This document shows, piece by piece, positions 45,153 to 60,915 of a DNA stretch of 64,000 nucleotides. Each line of letters opens with the position of its first letter. Positions within the stretch are counted from its first letter, which is position 1. The translations under genes were made by a program, and so were the position numbers. Origin of the DNA: the human T2T-CHM13v2.0 reference genome, Homo sapiens; assembly GCF_009914755.1 (NCBI RefSeq), contig NC_060927.1. One strand, written 5' to 3'. The notes under the pieces are model-generated. The model saw nothing but the letters and a program-made list of their open reading frames with translations. It did not search any database and had not been told where the DNA came from.

Positions 45153-46885
45153 TTCTTTTGCCCATTAGCTTGGATTCCTTGTCGTAGGGTCTCTTTTTGT
45201 CTGCTTTGCAAGCAAAAATCAGAGCCCCTGAGTCACAAAAGTGTGTAGGTACCTTTCCACACTAGTTTCTCCTCATTCAGGGACCCCATGGCTTATAAGA
45301 AGGTAAAGCTGAGTGGCTCTCAAGTGTCCCAGGAAAACAGTCCTTTCTGCATGTTTGATCTGCCAAGTTGCCAATATCTGATCTGAGCTCCTCAGAAGCT
45401 CCTAGGAGAAAGAGGTGACTCAGGGAGCAGAAATGATGGGCCAGAGAGAGAACCCTAATAGCTAGCTTCACAGGCCCATCTCTGTCTTTGCCCACCTTTC
45501 CTCACCCAAGTACAACAGTGTTTGGAGTGGCTTAGTGTAACCTAACTTTCAGTGGTCCCCTCAGGACTGGTAGGCCAAATTTAGAGCCCACACAAGGAAG
45601 TCTATTGGTCATGTGGTGTGCCTTGAAGCCTGCAGCATGTAAAAAGTTATATTTAATACCCTGGGAGAGACCAAATACAGGAAAGCCAGTTTGTGGGATA
45701 CAATTATTTTTTCATAAGAAGCCTCTCTGCCTATGTGTTTGGTAAACTGTTAGCCCTCTAAGAGTTGGACTATGGATTCTCTAGTCTTATAGTTAGACAC
45801 GTGGACAAGCAGAACGTTTAAGAGTCAGAGGAACATTCCAGGATCTTCAACAGCCCTAAACAAGGTCATTGGCATCCTGCTAGATATGGTTGGCACAGAG
45901 CACACTCTGTGACTGACCCTCTCAATCAGCCCAGCATCCTGTCCAGTGGCCTGACCGAGGGCTGCACTGTAATCCTTGTTTCCTTTGAAAGTCTGGAATT
46001 CATAAGGAAATAGGGTGGGGGTAAAGAATGGATGATCTAATTTTCCAAGGGAGTATTGGATTAGTCAACAACTTGATCCCCACTGCTGAGATAGCTCCTT
46101 TTGTGAATATTTTACCTACCCACCTGCTAGGTCTCAAGGCTTCTGAAAGTACTCTTCCTAGACAACTACACTGAGCATCTTAAAACAGCACAGTCTGCTT
46201 CCTTCCCTCACTGATTCTGAAAAACGGAGCCGCTCCCAGTCCCTTTCGTATCCACCCTGACTCCAGGCAGGATAACACTGGATAAAGTCCCCTATATCCT
46301 TCAGCATAAAAATCCCAAAAGTCCACTCCAAGGCCTTCTGCCTGCTCTTGTTTAAGACACAGTGGCTGGTCTCTGAAGCAGCCTCTAGAGGCTCTGATGC
46401 CAGCCAGTACATTTAAAGATGAGCTAAAGGAAACAGAAGGGTAGTTGGTACACTTCTTTATCTCCCGACATTTGCCTGGAGCAAAAGAAAGAGGAGAATG
46501 ATGCTGAGATTAAAGCCTCTCCCCTGGAGTGATTCTATGTGGCCTGTTGCGTTGGTGCAGAGAGGCAAGGCAATAAGGCCTTCTGGGGTTCAGCAGAGAG
46601 ACAGGTCAAACAAGGGTACTGCCCAGGCTGCTGGGGCCCCAATCAAGATGTGACTCTTCTCCAAAGGGAGCAGATGACACGGGCCTCCTTGTACCAGTGT
46701 GGCAGCCAGCATGTGTGCAGGATGGGGACAGACACTCAGGATAGGCAGAGAGAGCCACATTACCAAGTAATCAGACTTGTTTACCACTCTTGAGGTAAAT
46801 GTGGGAAGCCAACAACCAGCATTTTGTAGAGTCACTTGGCGGAAGAAACACCATCCACACAAGTCAATCAAAAATATATATTCTT

Positions 46886-47177
46886 GGCTGGGCGTGGTGG
46901 CTCACACCTGTAATCCCAGCACTTTGGGAGGCCGAGGAGGCGGATCACCTGAGGTCAGGAGTTCAAGACCAGCCTGGCCAACATGGTGAAACCCATCTCT
47001 ACTAAAAATACAAAAAATTAGCTGGGCATGGTGATGGGCACCTGTAATCCGAGCTACTCAGGAGGCTGAGGCAACAGAATCGCTTGAACCTGGGCGGCGG
47101 AGCTTGCAGTGAGCTGAGGTTGCGCCACTGCACTCCAACCTGGGCCACAAGAGTGAAACTCCGTCTCAAAGAAAAAA
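46886..47177 (+). mobile_element. AluS
   Basis: Full Alu. Confidence 0.95.
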
Positions 47178-48159
47178 GGTCTATTTTTAAAAACTACTAA
47201 CTGAGAAAGAAGTAAGAGCCTTGAAGAAACAGAAAGAAGGAACCTGAGCATGCCACGGCAGGAGAGGATGAGAACGGCATGGAGAAGGGGGAGGCGCAAG
47301 CAGCTGGAAGCCCACGGCGGAATGGGCCGGTGCTCGGAGAGCTGTTCGGATGGCACGGGAGCTGATTGTCTTGACGTTAAGTTCCTCGGTGAGGAGAGAA
47401 CAGAAGTTAATGGCACCCACCGGGCCTGGGTGGAGCCTCAGCACCACCAAAGAAAGCAGATTCTGCATTTGGAAAGCCTAGGCCCTCTCCTTGAACCTGG
47501 TTCTCAAGGTTTCGGTGATGAGTCACCTCGTTCCCCCTCACCAGCTTCTGTCTTTAGCCACAGCACTGACGTGTCTGAACCCGCACGCACCTCCTGAGCT
47601 GGAGCACCCGTCATCTTCACACCACAGATGACTAACCATGGCCTGCTCACAGTCTCCTCATTATCACGGAATGAAAATGCTACATGCCTGAAAGCTGAGG
47701 TTTTGGGAACAGGATGAGAAGAGCTGCGGAAGGAATGGAGATGCAGGTGGCAATGAGCTAAGCTTTTGACAGGCCCTCGCAGTCCTCGGGAGCAGGGGCC
47801 AAGTGACCACAGATCCAGAGAGAGTGCTCTCCTTGGCAGGGCCGCATGAAATCTCATTCATTACAGCCTCCGATTAGGTTCCCAGGCTCATTAAAATCTG
47901 TGTGCCATTCACTGTTTCTCTTGGATCAGACTGGATTCTACTGTGCAGAGAATTGCCAGGGCTTCCAAGTGTCCAGTGCAGGCCAGATAGCATCTCTTGG
48001 CTTCACTTCTTCCTGAAGTTTCTCCCTGTGCTTCTGTGTGCTCACTGCCAAGAACACAAGTCAGCATTCAGGCCCACGGCTGCCAGCTGAAACAAGGGCT
48101 TCTGACCCAGACAAAGCCCGCAGATAAAGTCCAAAGCACTTGAGCTAAACTTACTCTAA

Positions 48160-48552
<393 letters not shown>

Positions 48553-48601
48553 AGGAGAGTAAAGAGGAGCTTTTACTCTATCTGATAGAAAGACATATTA
48601 T

Positions 48602-48907
48602 AGCCAGGTGCGGTGGCTCACGCCTGGAATCCCAGCACCTGGGGAGGCTGAGGCAGGAGGATCACTTGAGGCCAGAAGTTCAAGACCAACCTGGGCAACA
48701 CAGTGAGACCCCATCTCTACAAAAAATAGAAAAAAATAATTAGCTGGTCACGGTGGCACGTGCCTGTAAGTCCAAGCAACTCAGGAGACTTAGACGGGAG
48801 GATTTCTTGAGCCCAGGAGGTTGGGGCTGCAGTGAGCCGTGGCTGCACCACTGCACTCCCCAGCCTGGGTGACAGAGTGGGAACCTGTCTCAACAACAAC
48901 AAAAAAA
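48602..48907 (+). mobile_element. AluJ
   Basis: Full Alu, TSD aaagacatatta. Confidence 0.9.
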
Positions 48908-49022
48908 GACATATTAAAAAGCCATCATAATAAAAACAGTAGTTTAAAAACCATAAAAATAGATCACCAGAACAGAATAGAGAGCTCAGATTCAGTCCCA
49001 ACTTAATGTAGGATGAAGGTGA

Positions 49023-49338
49023 GGCCGGGCGCGGTGGCTCACATCTGTAATCCCAGCACTTTGGGAGGCCGAGGCAGGTGGATCATGAGGTCAGGAGTTC
49101 AAGACCAGCCTGGCCAAGATGGCAAAACCCCGTATCTACTAAAAATACAAAAAATTAGCCAGGCGTGGTGGCATGCACCTGTAATCCCAGCTACTCTGGA
49201 GGCTGAGGCAGAGAATTACTTAAACCTGGAGGGGCGGAGCTTGAAGTGAGCCGAGATTGCGCCACTGCACTCCAGCCTGGGCGACAGAGTGAGACTCCAT
49301 CGCAAAAAAAATAAAAAATGATTAAAAAATAAAAAATA
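49023..49338 (+). mobile_element. AluS
   Basis: Full Alu. Confidence 0.95.
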
Positions 49339-49791
49339 ACATATAGGATGCAGGTGGTCCCGCACATCACGGGGAAGGACAGATTATTTAGTAAATGGCA
49401 TTTGGGAAACAGGCTCATTGTATAGAGAAAAATAAAACTGGACCCCTACTTAACACTAAATACAAAAGAGGACTCTGCATGCTTTAAAAACCTAAGTATA
49501 AAAGGTTAAAGAAAAATAGTGGAAATAAAATGGGCAGAAGAGAGTGCAGGGACGTATCTTTGTGATCGATCCTCCTCAAAACAAAATTTCAAAAGCATAA
49601 GGCAAATTTTTACGAATATGATTAAATTAAAATTAGGGGTTTCTAATCAACAAAAGTCCCCATGGACAAAGTTAGTAGACTGTTAACAGAACAGGCGTAG
49701 ATATTTGTAACATCTAAATCAATGAGGGATTGATACGAAGAATATGGAAAGATCTTGAACATTTATGACTGTAATTAAAAATGGGGAAAGG

Positions 49792-50612
<821 letters not shown>

Positions 50613-51808
50613 ATGAAGAGAGACTCAAAAGTTTTAGTAACACAAAAAATGAAAATTAAAACAACAGCCGGATGTCACTGTATGCCTTTTATATTGGCAA
50701 AATATAGAAATACAGGTAGTGCCAAGTATTGGCAGGGATGTGGGACATAGCCACTCCTGTACCCTGCTGGCGAGAGGACAGATTGAGAGGAGTCGGCATT
50801 GGCAGTGTTCCGGGGCACACACAGGCATTGTTAGTCACATTCGGTATAACATGCTAGCAATGCCTCCACGAGGTATACATCCCAGGCCGCTCTTATGCAA
50901 TTCTGTAAGGAGAGGTGTATGCAAATGTTGCCTGCACAGGAATTAGTGGTGGGAGCTGGAGACTCCCTGAGTTTCCATCACTGAGATGGAGAAATAAAAT
51001 ACAGTGAATGCACGCCAGGGAGTACGATGAAACAGGACTGAGGCAAAATAATAGACGTACACATAGCAGCATAGACGGATCTTAAGAACAGTGAAAAATG
51101 GGGGAAAAGCATGTAAAAGCGTTAGAAATAATGAGATAGAATATGTACATAAATTTAAAATACTGCAAATGCTATTTGTATGAAAATATGCGAACAAAAC
51201 GATACACATGAAAGAACTAGGAATCATGTGCAGTGAGAGAAGGAAATGGAATTGCAGGATGGGGACTAAAAGGAATAAGGAAGTAAATAATTCACGAGGG
51301 GGTTTCCCAGGGACCAACGATGCTGACATCCAGGGGCCAAGGAGTAGGAGTAACTCAACTCTGTACATCTGACTTCTAAGACTAGCAGCAGCAACCACCA
51401 CCATTTGAGCCCCAAGAAAGCAAGCTCAGGTTCTGCACCTTCTCTTTCTCTGAGATCTCCCCTCAAAGGTCACAGGCTGAGTCACTGGAAAATGGCAGAG
51501 CCCTGCCCCACATCACTCCCCACTCTTACGTATAAATGAAATGACACACACCTCTGATCTCCAGTGGGCTAAAGAGGTTGGCACCTGCATGGAGGTTCAT
51601 GCCCCTTGAGGCAGAATTGACTTTGCTGCAGGGAAGGATGCTTTCCATTCTCTTTCCCACCAACTCTCCCACCTTTGATTCCAATCAAGTCACCAACCAA
51701 ACTGAAATGCAATAGGCATAAGCTCAATGCTTGCCTTTGATCAAGACCCTCATGACAGACGGAGGAAACACAACCAACTCAGAGTGATGTCTTAGATCTT
51801 GCCCACCT

Positions 51809-52491
<683 letters not shown>

Positions 52492-52506
52492 TCAGGCTCA
52501 TAAATG

Positions 52507-53382
<876 letters not shown>

Positions 53383-54097
53383 GATGGAAACAGAAAGTCA
53401 AGTGGTCATAATAGTGCTGCGAACCCCCTGGCCAGCACCGGGCCCTGACTCCCAGGCCAACTCTCACTTTTCCTCACTATCATGGTGATGACTATACAGT
53501 TATTACTATATAAGGAGTCTCTTCTAGGACACCAGCATTGCATTCCACAAACAAGTCTGTAATAAATAAGATCCCTAGGAAAAAGGAGAGTCTCAGGATC
53601 CATGGTAATGGAGTTTGTGTAGGTAGAATTTTTTAATCATGTTTTCCTTCTGGGTCCAGAAAGTCAGCTTCTGTGCCTGCCTTAATGCTTCATCCTGGAA
53701 AGCTCAGGGTAAGCTGGGTCTTGCTGCTGAAAGGTGTTCTAAGGACAGCAGTTGGTCAGTGATGGTATAAAATGCCTGTGCACAGTAGGCCTCTCCAAAT
53801 GTTAGCTCCCTTCCCTACCTCCATTTTCCTTCTCCCGCGTTGTTTTCACTGAGGAGTCATGCTGGACCCCAGGAGATCTGGCCTCTGGTCTTGGCTCAGG
53901 TGTCTTTTTACAGCCTGGTCTTAAGCAAGAGGCTCTCCCTCCCTGTAGCCTTCTGTTTCGCTGACTCTAGTTTCTCATGTTTAGAAACGGAGCTAGTATC
54001 ATCTATCTTGGTGGTACCCAGCTTGGTCCCCACTCCCTTTTTTCTAGCCTTTGGAAAATGAAAAATATTAAATTTTAATTTTTTAAATAGAAAACTA

Positions 54098-54491
<394 letters not shown>

Positions 54492-55187
54492 TCAACATGG
54501 AAACATACTAAATGAAAATTGAGGAGTTACCTTCTCCCATTCCCACTTTCCATAGTAACTACCTCCCAAAAGTAAACTATTAACAGTTTCTTATCATTCC
54601 ATCCAGAAAAATTATGCATATATATTGACATGCCCTGTTTTTAAAAAGTACACAAAATTGGTCATATCCTAAATAGTATTCTCTAATTTGTTATTTTAAA
54701 CTTAATAATATATCTTTTATACATATATATAAATCTATTTTATTCTCTATAACAGCTAAATAATATTTTGTGAAATGGACATACGATTCAGTCCAGGAAG
54801 ATTTTGAAGTTTCTCTCTTTTTTTTTTTTTTTTTTTTTGCGAACACTCGCTCATCCTCTTGCCCCTTGATTTTCTCCTGAGAGTCTGACTTGGCCAGGAG
54901 CTGTGATTCAGGTGACAAGTAAGATAGAGAAGTTTCTGTGTACCCAAACGTCCGCGGCAAAATTGCTGTGAAACTGTTATGGGTGACAGTGTTTGCTTGT
55001 TTCCCTTACTAGAGAAAAGTTCCAAAGTCAATAGCCAGTTTGCCATATATCTTGATGGCTGAACATTTTGGACAAACTTCAATGTTTTCAACAATAAAAT
55101 TCCAGATTTGGAAAGGACCTGTAGGTCATTTGGCTTAACCTCCTTGAACTCACTGTAGAAATTTCTTCTACAAGCCTCTGTGTTATC

Positions 55188-55488
55188 TTTTTTTTTTTTT
55201 TTTTTCTGAGACGGAGTTTCGCTCTTGTTACCCAGGCTGGAGTGCAGTGGCACAATCTCAGCTCACCACAGACTCCTTCCCCCAGGATCAAGCTATTCTC
55301 CTGCCTCAGCCTCCTGAGTAGCTGGGATTACACGCATGCGCCAACACACCCAGCTAATTTTGTATTTTTAGTAGAGACGGGATTTCTCCATGTTGGTCAG
55401 GTTGGTCTCGAACTCCTGACCTCAGGTGATCCACCCACCTTGGCCTCCCAAAGTCTGGGATTATAGGCATAAGCCACCGTGCCTGGCC
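55188..55488 (-). mobile_element. AluS (AluSp-like)
   Basis: TSD tgtgttatc. Confidence 0.95.
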
Positions 55489-56230
55489 TGTGTTATCATT
55501 TACTGTCACTATATCATAATATCGAACAACTTTTACTAACAGAAATTCTTCCTCATTTCCCCAGACCAGTCACCATGCAATGTCCCCGCACTGGCCCCAC
55601 TCTGCCCTTTAAAACATCCTTGAACATGTGTGTTCCTCTTCCCACACAGCTCTCCAGATGATTGAGGACCACACTCACATCCCTCTGAATCCACTGTTTA
55701 TTCCTTTAACAAATATCTCTCTAGAGCCTGCCATGTTTCCAGCACGGAGGCAGGCACCTTGTAAACTCCACGAAGGCAGAGAGGTCAGTCTAACTTGCTT
55801 CATGTGGTAACCACAGCACCTAAAAGGGCTTTCTGTGCAGTAGGCATTTAATACATATTTGTTGAATAAATGAATGAATACGAAGGTGGATAACATAGTC
55901 TCTGTCCTCAAGGAACTCTTAGTGTAATGGGAGTGGGGGAACAGAACTATAGGCAATTCTAATCTAGGAGCCATGAGAGAATGTGAGTAGCAGAACCTCA
56001 AAGGACAGGCCCCTAACCCAGCATTCGTTACCTTCCCTTCTCCACTGTGAGGGATCATCCATTACCTTCCCTTCTCCACCACCTCCCTCATGCACTGTGA
56101 TGTCAGCCACATCATTCTGTCATGGTATGTCTGCGTGTCTGTTTCCCAATGAACTGTCAGCTCTTTGAGGACAGGGACTGAGTTTTATTTAGCTTTATAA
56201 CCCTAATGCTTAGCACAGGGTCTGGCCTAG

Positions 56231-56566
<336 letters not shown>

Positions 56567-57307
56567 TGAAGTGACTGACGGATGAATGGATGGCTAAATG
56601 AATTAATATATTAACACTCCCACAGAAAAAAAATGAAGTATCTGCTTTCATGGGATTAAATTAGTCTTGCCTGATATTTTATCAATACAAAAACTTAGTG
56701 AAATAGAAGTGACAGCAATCTTGGGAGGAAACGACCATGACACCTAGGGCTCCACAGAGCCTCACTGTTTCAACCAACATTGAATGAGCACCTACTCTGT
56801 GCCAGGTGTGCTGCCAGACTCTAGGTCAAGACAAATGAGACACAGCTCCTGCCTTGAAGGTGCTCCCCGACTAGATGAGGAGATGCACATGGAAATCACG
56901 AGGCCGCAGGTGACTCTGACAGGGTGACAAGGGTGCTGTGCAGGGTGGGATGGTCAGGAAAGCCACTTGGAAGAGAAGACGCCTGAACGGGGTCCCGAGG
57001 AAACTGTCCGGGTAAGGAGATGAAGGAAGGCCATTCTAGGTGGAGGGAGCAACAGGGGCAGAGCCCGAAGGGTGAGGACAGGCCGTTTGCAGGTACTGCA
57101 TAGCACCTGGGGAGAGCAGGGAGTGGAGGGAGGGGGAGCGGTGGAGGTGGGGCCAGATCGGGAAGGGCCTTATAGGGCTGCTAAGGAATTTGGACTTGAC
57201 CGTGATGAGGCCATGAGGGAGCCATTGAAAGAATTCCAAACTCCCAGGATAATCAGATTTTTTGCGTTTTAGAAGATTGTTCTTACAGCACTTTAGAAAA
57301 TGGATTA

Positions 57308-57438
57308 GGCTTGCACGGTTGGTGGCTCACACCTGTAATTCCAGCACTTTGGGAGGCTGAGGTGGGAGGATCACTTGAGGCTAGTCGGCCTCCCCAAGTG
57401 CTTGGATTCCGGGTGTGAGCAGCACTGTCTCCCTGGCT
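57308..57438. mobile_element. Two fused Alu 5' fragments in opposite orientation (+ 57308-57384, - 57385-57438)
   Basis: ggtggctcacacctgtaattccagcactttgggaggctga... joined to tcggcctccccaagtgcttggattccgggtgtgagc... Confidence 0.8.
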
Positions 57439-57988
57439 GCTTCAGTCTTCTGCAGACAAAAGGCTCTGTTAAATTTGCAAGTTACAAGCACCTGAGCCAC
57501 ACAATGGGCCAATCAACCAAATCATGTGTAAAGCTATCTCCTGGCTGTGAGGAATAAAATCAATATTTTAAGACCTTAATTTTTCAAATGCTATACCCCA
57601 GAGGTGATTCATAACTTGAGGAGCGCCTCAGTAGGAGAACACGGGCTAAGGATTTGTGTGAACATGGCTTAGCCTGCAATTTCCCATATGCAATCGGTCA
57701 AAGGGCTGACAAAAGATAAAATCACAGAACTGTTCTGACACAGCTTCCCAGGGAGATCCCAGAGGAGCCAGGCTGCTCCCGCTAAGAAGCCTAGACTCAA
57801 AATAAGGAGAGAAGAAACTTGCACTAAGGAAGGAGCTGCGGCCCCCAGGGCTCTCCGAGTGCTGGTGTCTTCAAGAATTCCTGCATCCTTTGCACAAAGT
57901 GGGGCTGGTAAAGTGGCAGGGGTGGGGTGGGAACGGGGGAGAATGGGACTCTTCCAAACACTACCTTTAGAATAAAGTGTAAAATATT

Positions 57989-58280
<292 letters not shown>

Positions 58281-58427
58281 GTAAGCTATTTTCTGAGAAA
58301 GTGCCAGTCGTCTTGTATCCCTGCCCCTAAATCATCACTTCATGCAGGAAATTAGCCTCCTGTCCGTGGTGCATGTGCCATTAGGACCATGTGTCACTGA
58401 GTGGACTGGCATGGGGGTGGCGGATCA

Positions 58428-58778
<351 letters not shown>

Positions 58779-58819
58779 TCACTAACGGAGGAAGCAACCA
58801 AACCCAGCCTAGAGAAATG

Positions 58820-59030
58820 GAGGCGGCGTAGCATCGTGGATGCTCCTGGATTGGCATGAAGAAGCCTTGAGTTCTGAGTCCCGGGCTCTGCCACTGTGTG
58901 ACCTTGGACAAGACAACGATCCCTCTCAGCATCAGTTTCTGTAACACTAAAATAATGATAATAATCTCCTCCGTACTGGGTTCTTGGGAAGATGAAATGC
59001 GGTTAAGAAGATTTGCAGGAGCACTTTGCT
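58820..59030 (+). mobile_element. MIR fragment
   Basis: ggctctgccactgtgtgaccttggacaag...ctctcagcatcagtttc. Confidence 0.65.
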
Positions 59031-59044
59031 GTTCCCTCAGACTG

Positions 59045-59420
59045 TGTATTAGTCAGGACACTGCTTTGGTTTCTGTAACAGAGACCAAAATAATAATGGC
59101 TTAAACGAAATAGAATTTATTTTTCTCTCACATGAAGCCCCACGCTGGTGTGGCTGCTCTGGCCTGTGAGGTCATCAGAGCCCCGCTTCTTCTGTCTTAC
59201 TGGCTTCCTTAGCCTGCTCCAAGATGGCTCCCTGCCAGGACCACATGCCAGCCAGCAGAAGGGGCGGGGGGCCGAGGGAGGGCAACCCTGTCCACATAAC
59301 CCAGCACTGTCTACACGCTTCCTCCCTCTTCCTGTTAGGGTCCAGCGTCACATCCACCTCTAAGAGAGGCTGGGAAATGCAGCTGTTTTCTGGGAAGCCT
59401 ATACTCAACTAAAAATTCTG
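59045..59420 (-). mobile_element. Old MLT1 (J/K/L-like) LTR
   Basis: tgtattagtcagg...aataatggcttaaacgaaatagaatttatttttctctcacat. Confidence 0.6.
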
Positions 59421-59446
59421 TGATTATGAAAGAAGAGGAGATGGAC

Positions 59447-59738
59447 TTTTTTTTTTTTTAGATGGAGTCTCACTCTGTCGCCCAGGCTGGAGTGCAGTGG
59501 CGCGATCTCAGCTCACTGCAACCTCCACCTCCTGGGTTCAAGCATTCTTCTGCCTCAGCCTCCTGAGTAGCTGGGATTATAGGCGACTGCCACCACGCCT
59601 GGCTGATTTTTGTATTTTTAGTACAGACGGTGTTTCACCATGTTGGCCAGGCTGGTCTCCAACTCCTGATCTCAGGTGATCTACCCGCCTTGGCCTCCCA
59701 AAGTGCTGGGATTACAGGCTTGAGCCACCATGCCTGGC
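59447..59738 (-). mobile_element. AluS
   Basis: TSD gaggagatggacttt. Confidence 0.95.
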
Positions 59739-60617
59739 CCGAGGAGATGGACTTTGAGGGACAATTCAAAGTCCGCACGATCTCCCCTATTTGTTTGTCT
59801 AATTCCCTTACATCCTCAGGTCTCGGGTTTATGTCACTTCCTTGGGGAGGCCTTTCCAGACCCTCAGTGCTCCATGAGCCGCCCCCATTGCTCCCTCACG
59901 CCTCCTTCACAACACTCGCTGCGCCTGTAATTTTTGACTGACTGTCTATTTTCCCATGAGAAGGTAATTCTGTACCCATGGACTGTGCTTCCTCCCGAGG
60001 CCTGCCTGTGGAGGCACAGAGTGGATACTCGATACATCACTCTGACGGGTAGCGAGGTGCGATCCCCAGAGGGCTCTGGGAGCTCCTCGGGCAGAGCTTC
60101 ACGGCTTCGGGCCACCACCAAGTCCTCTCCAACCCAGGATGTGTTTGGAAAGAAACTGGTGCCTGCTACTGCTTCCTCAGTGGTGGGCGTGCCGGCACCG
60201 TGTCCTTTTATCTGCTAGTCCTCTCTTTGTGTGGGCCTCTAGAACTGCTCAAGTCCAGCCTCAGATAGTCCGTGAGGGGGTAACTGTGCCTTTTCGTAAT
60301 CTTGCTTCTCAACTCTGTTGTTCAGGATCTGGGAATGAACAGAGGGTGTTGTGGGAAGAGCTTTTCCCAGCACAGAGGCCAGAATGAAGGACACAGGGAG
60401 AGATTTGGTTTTCCATTCCCGGTCTCTATAATGCAACTAATGGGCCCGAAGCCTGCCCTGTGAAGAGGTGGGGAAGGAACCTCAGTAGAGGATGTCACCA
60501 GGGAGTTGACCCCCACCCCCTCTGTGGGGGCAGATGGCTCCCCAGGGTCTGGGCACTGTTTGGCTCCTGGGCAGCTCCCTGGTGCTCCACTTCAGTAACC
60601 TCTAGCTCACTCTGGCT

Positions 60618-60915
60618 TTTTTCTTTCTTTTTTTTTGAGACAGTCTCACTCTGTCGCCCAGGCTGGAGTGCAGTAGTGTGATCTTGGCTCACTGCAACCT
60701 CCACCTCCTGGGTTCAAGCAATTCTCCTGCCTCTGCCCCTGAGTAGCTGGAATTACAGGTGTGCCCCACCAGGCCCAGCTAATTTTTGTATTTTCAGGAG
60801 AGGCAGGGTTTCACCATGTTGGCCAGGTTGGTTTCAAACTCCTGACCTCAGGTGATCCACCAGCCTTGGGCTCCCAAAGTGCTGGGATTATAGGTGTGAG
60901 CCACTGCACCTGGTC
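60618..60915 (-). mobile_element. AluS
   Basis: Full antisense Alu. Confidence 0.95.

Noticed and set aside
54561-54582. agtaaactat matching the array core as a possible seed
   Set aside because: Only a 10-bp match inside AT-rich old L1-like sequence, compatible with chance
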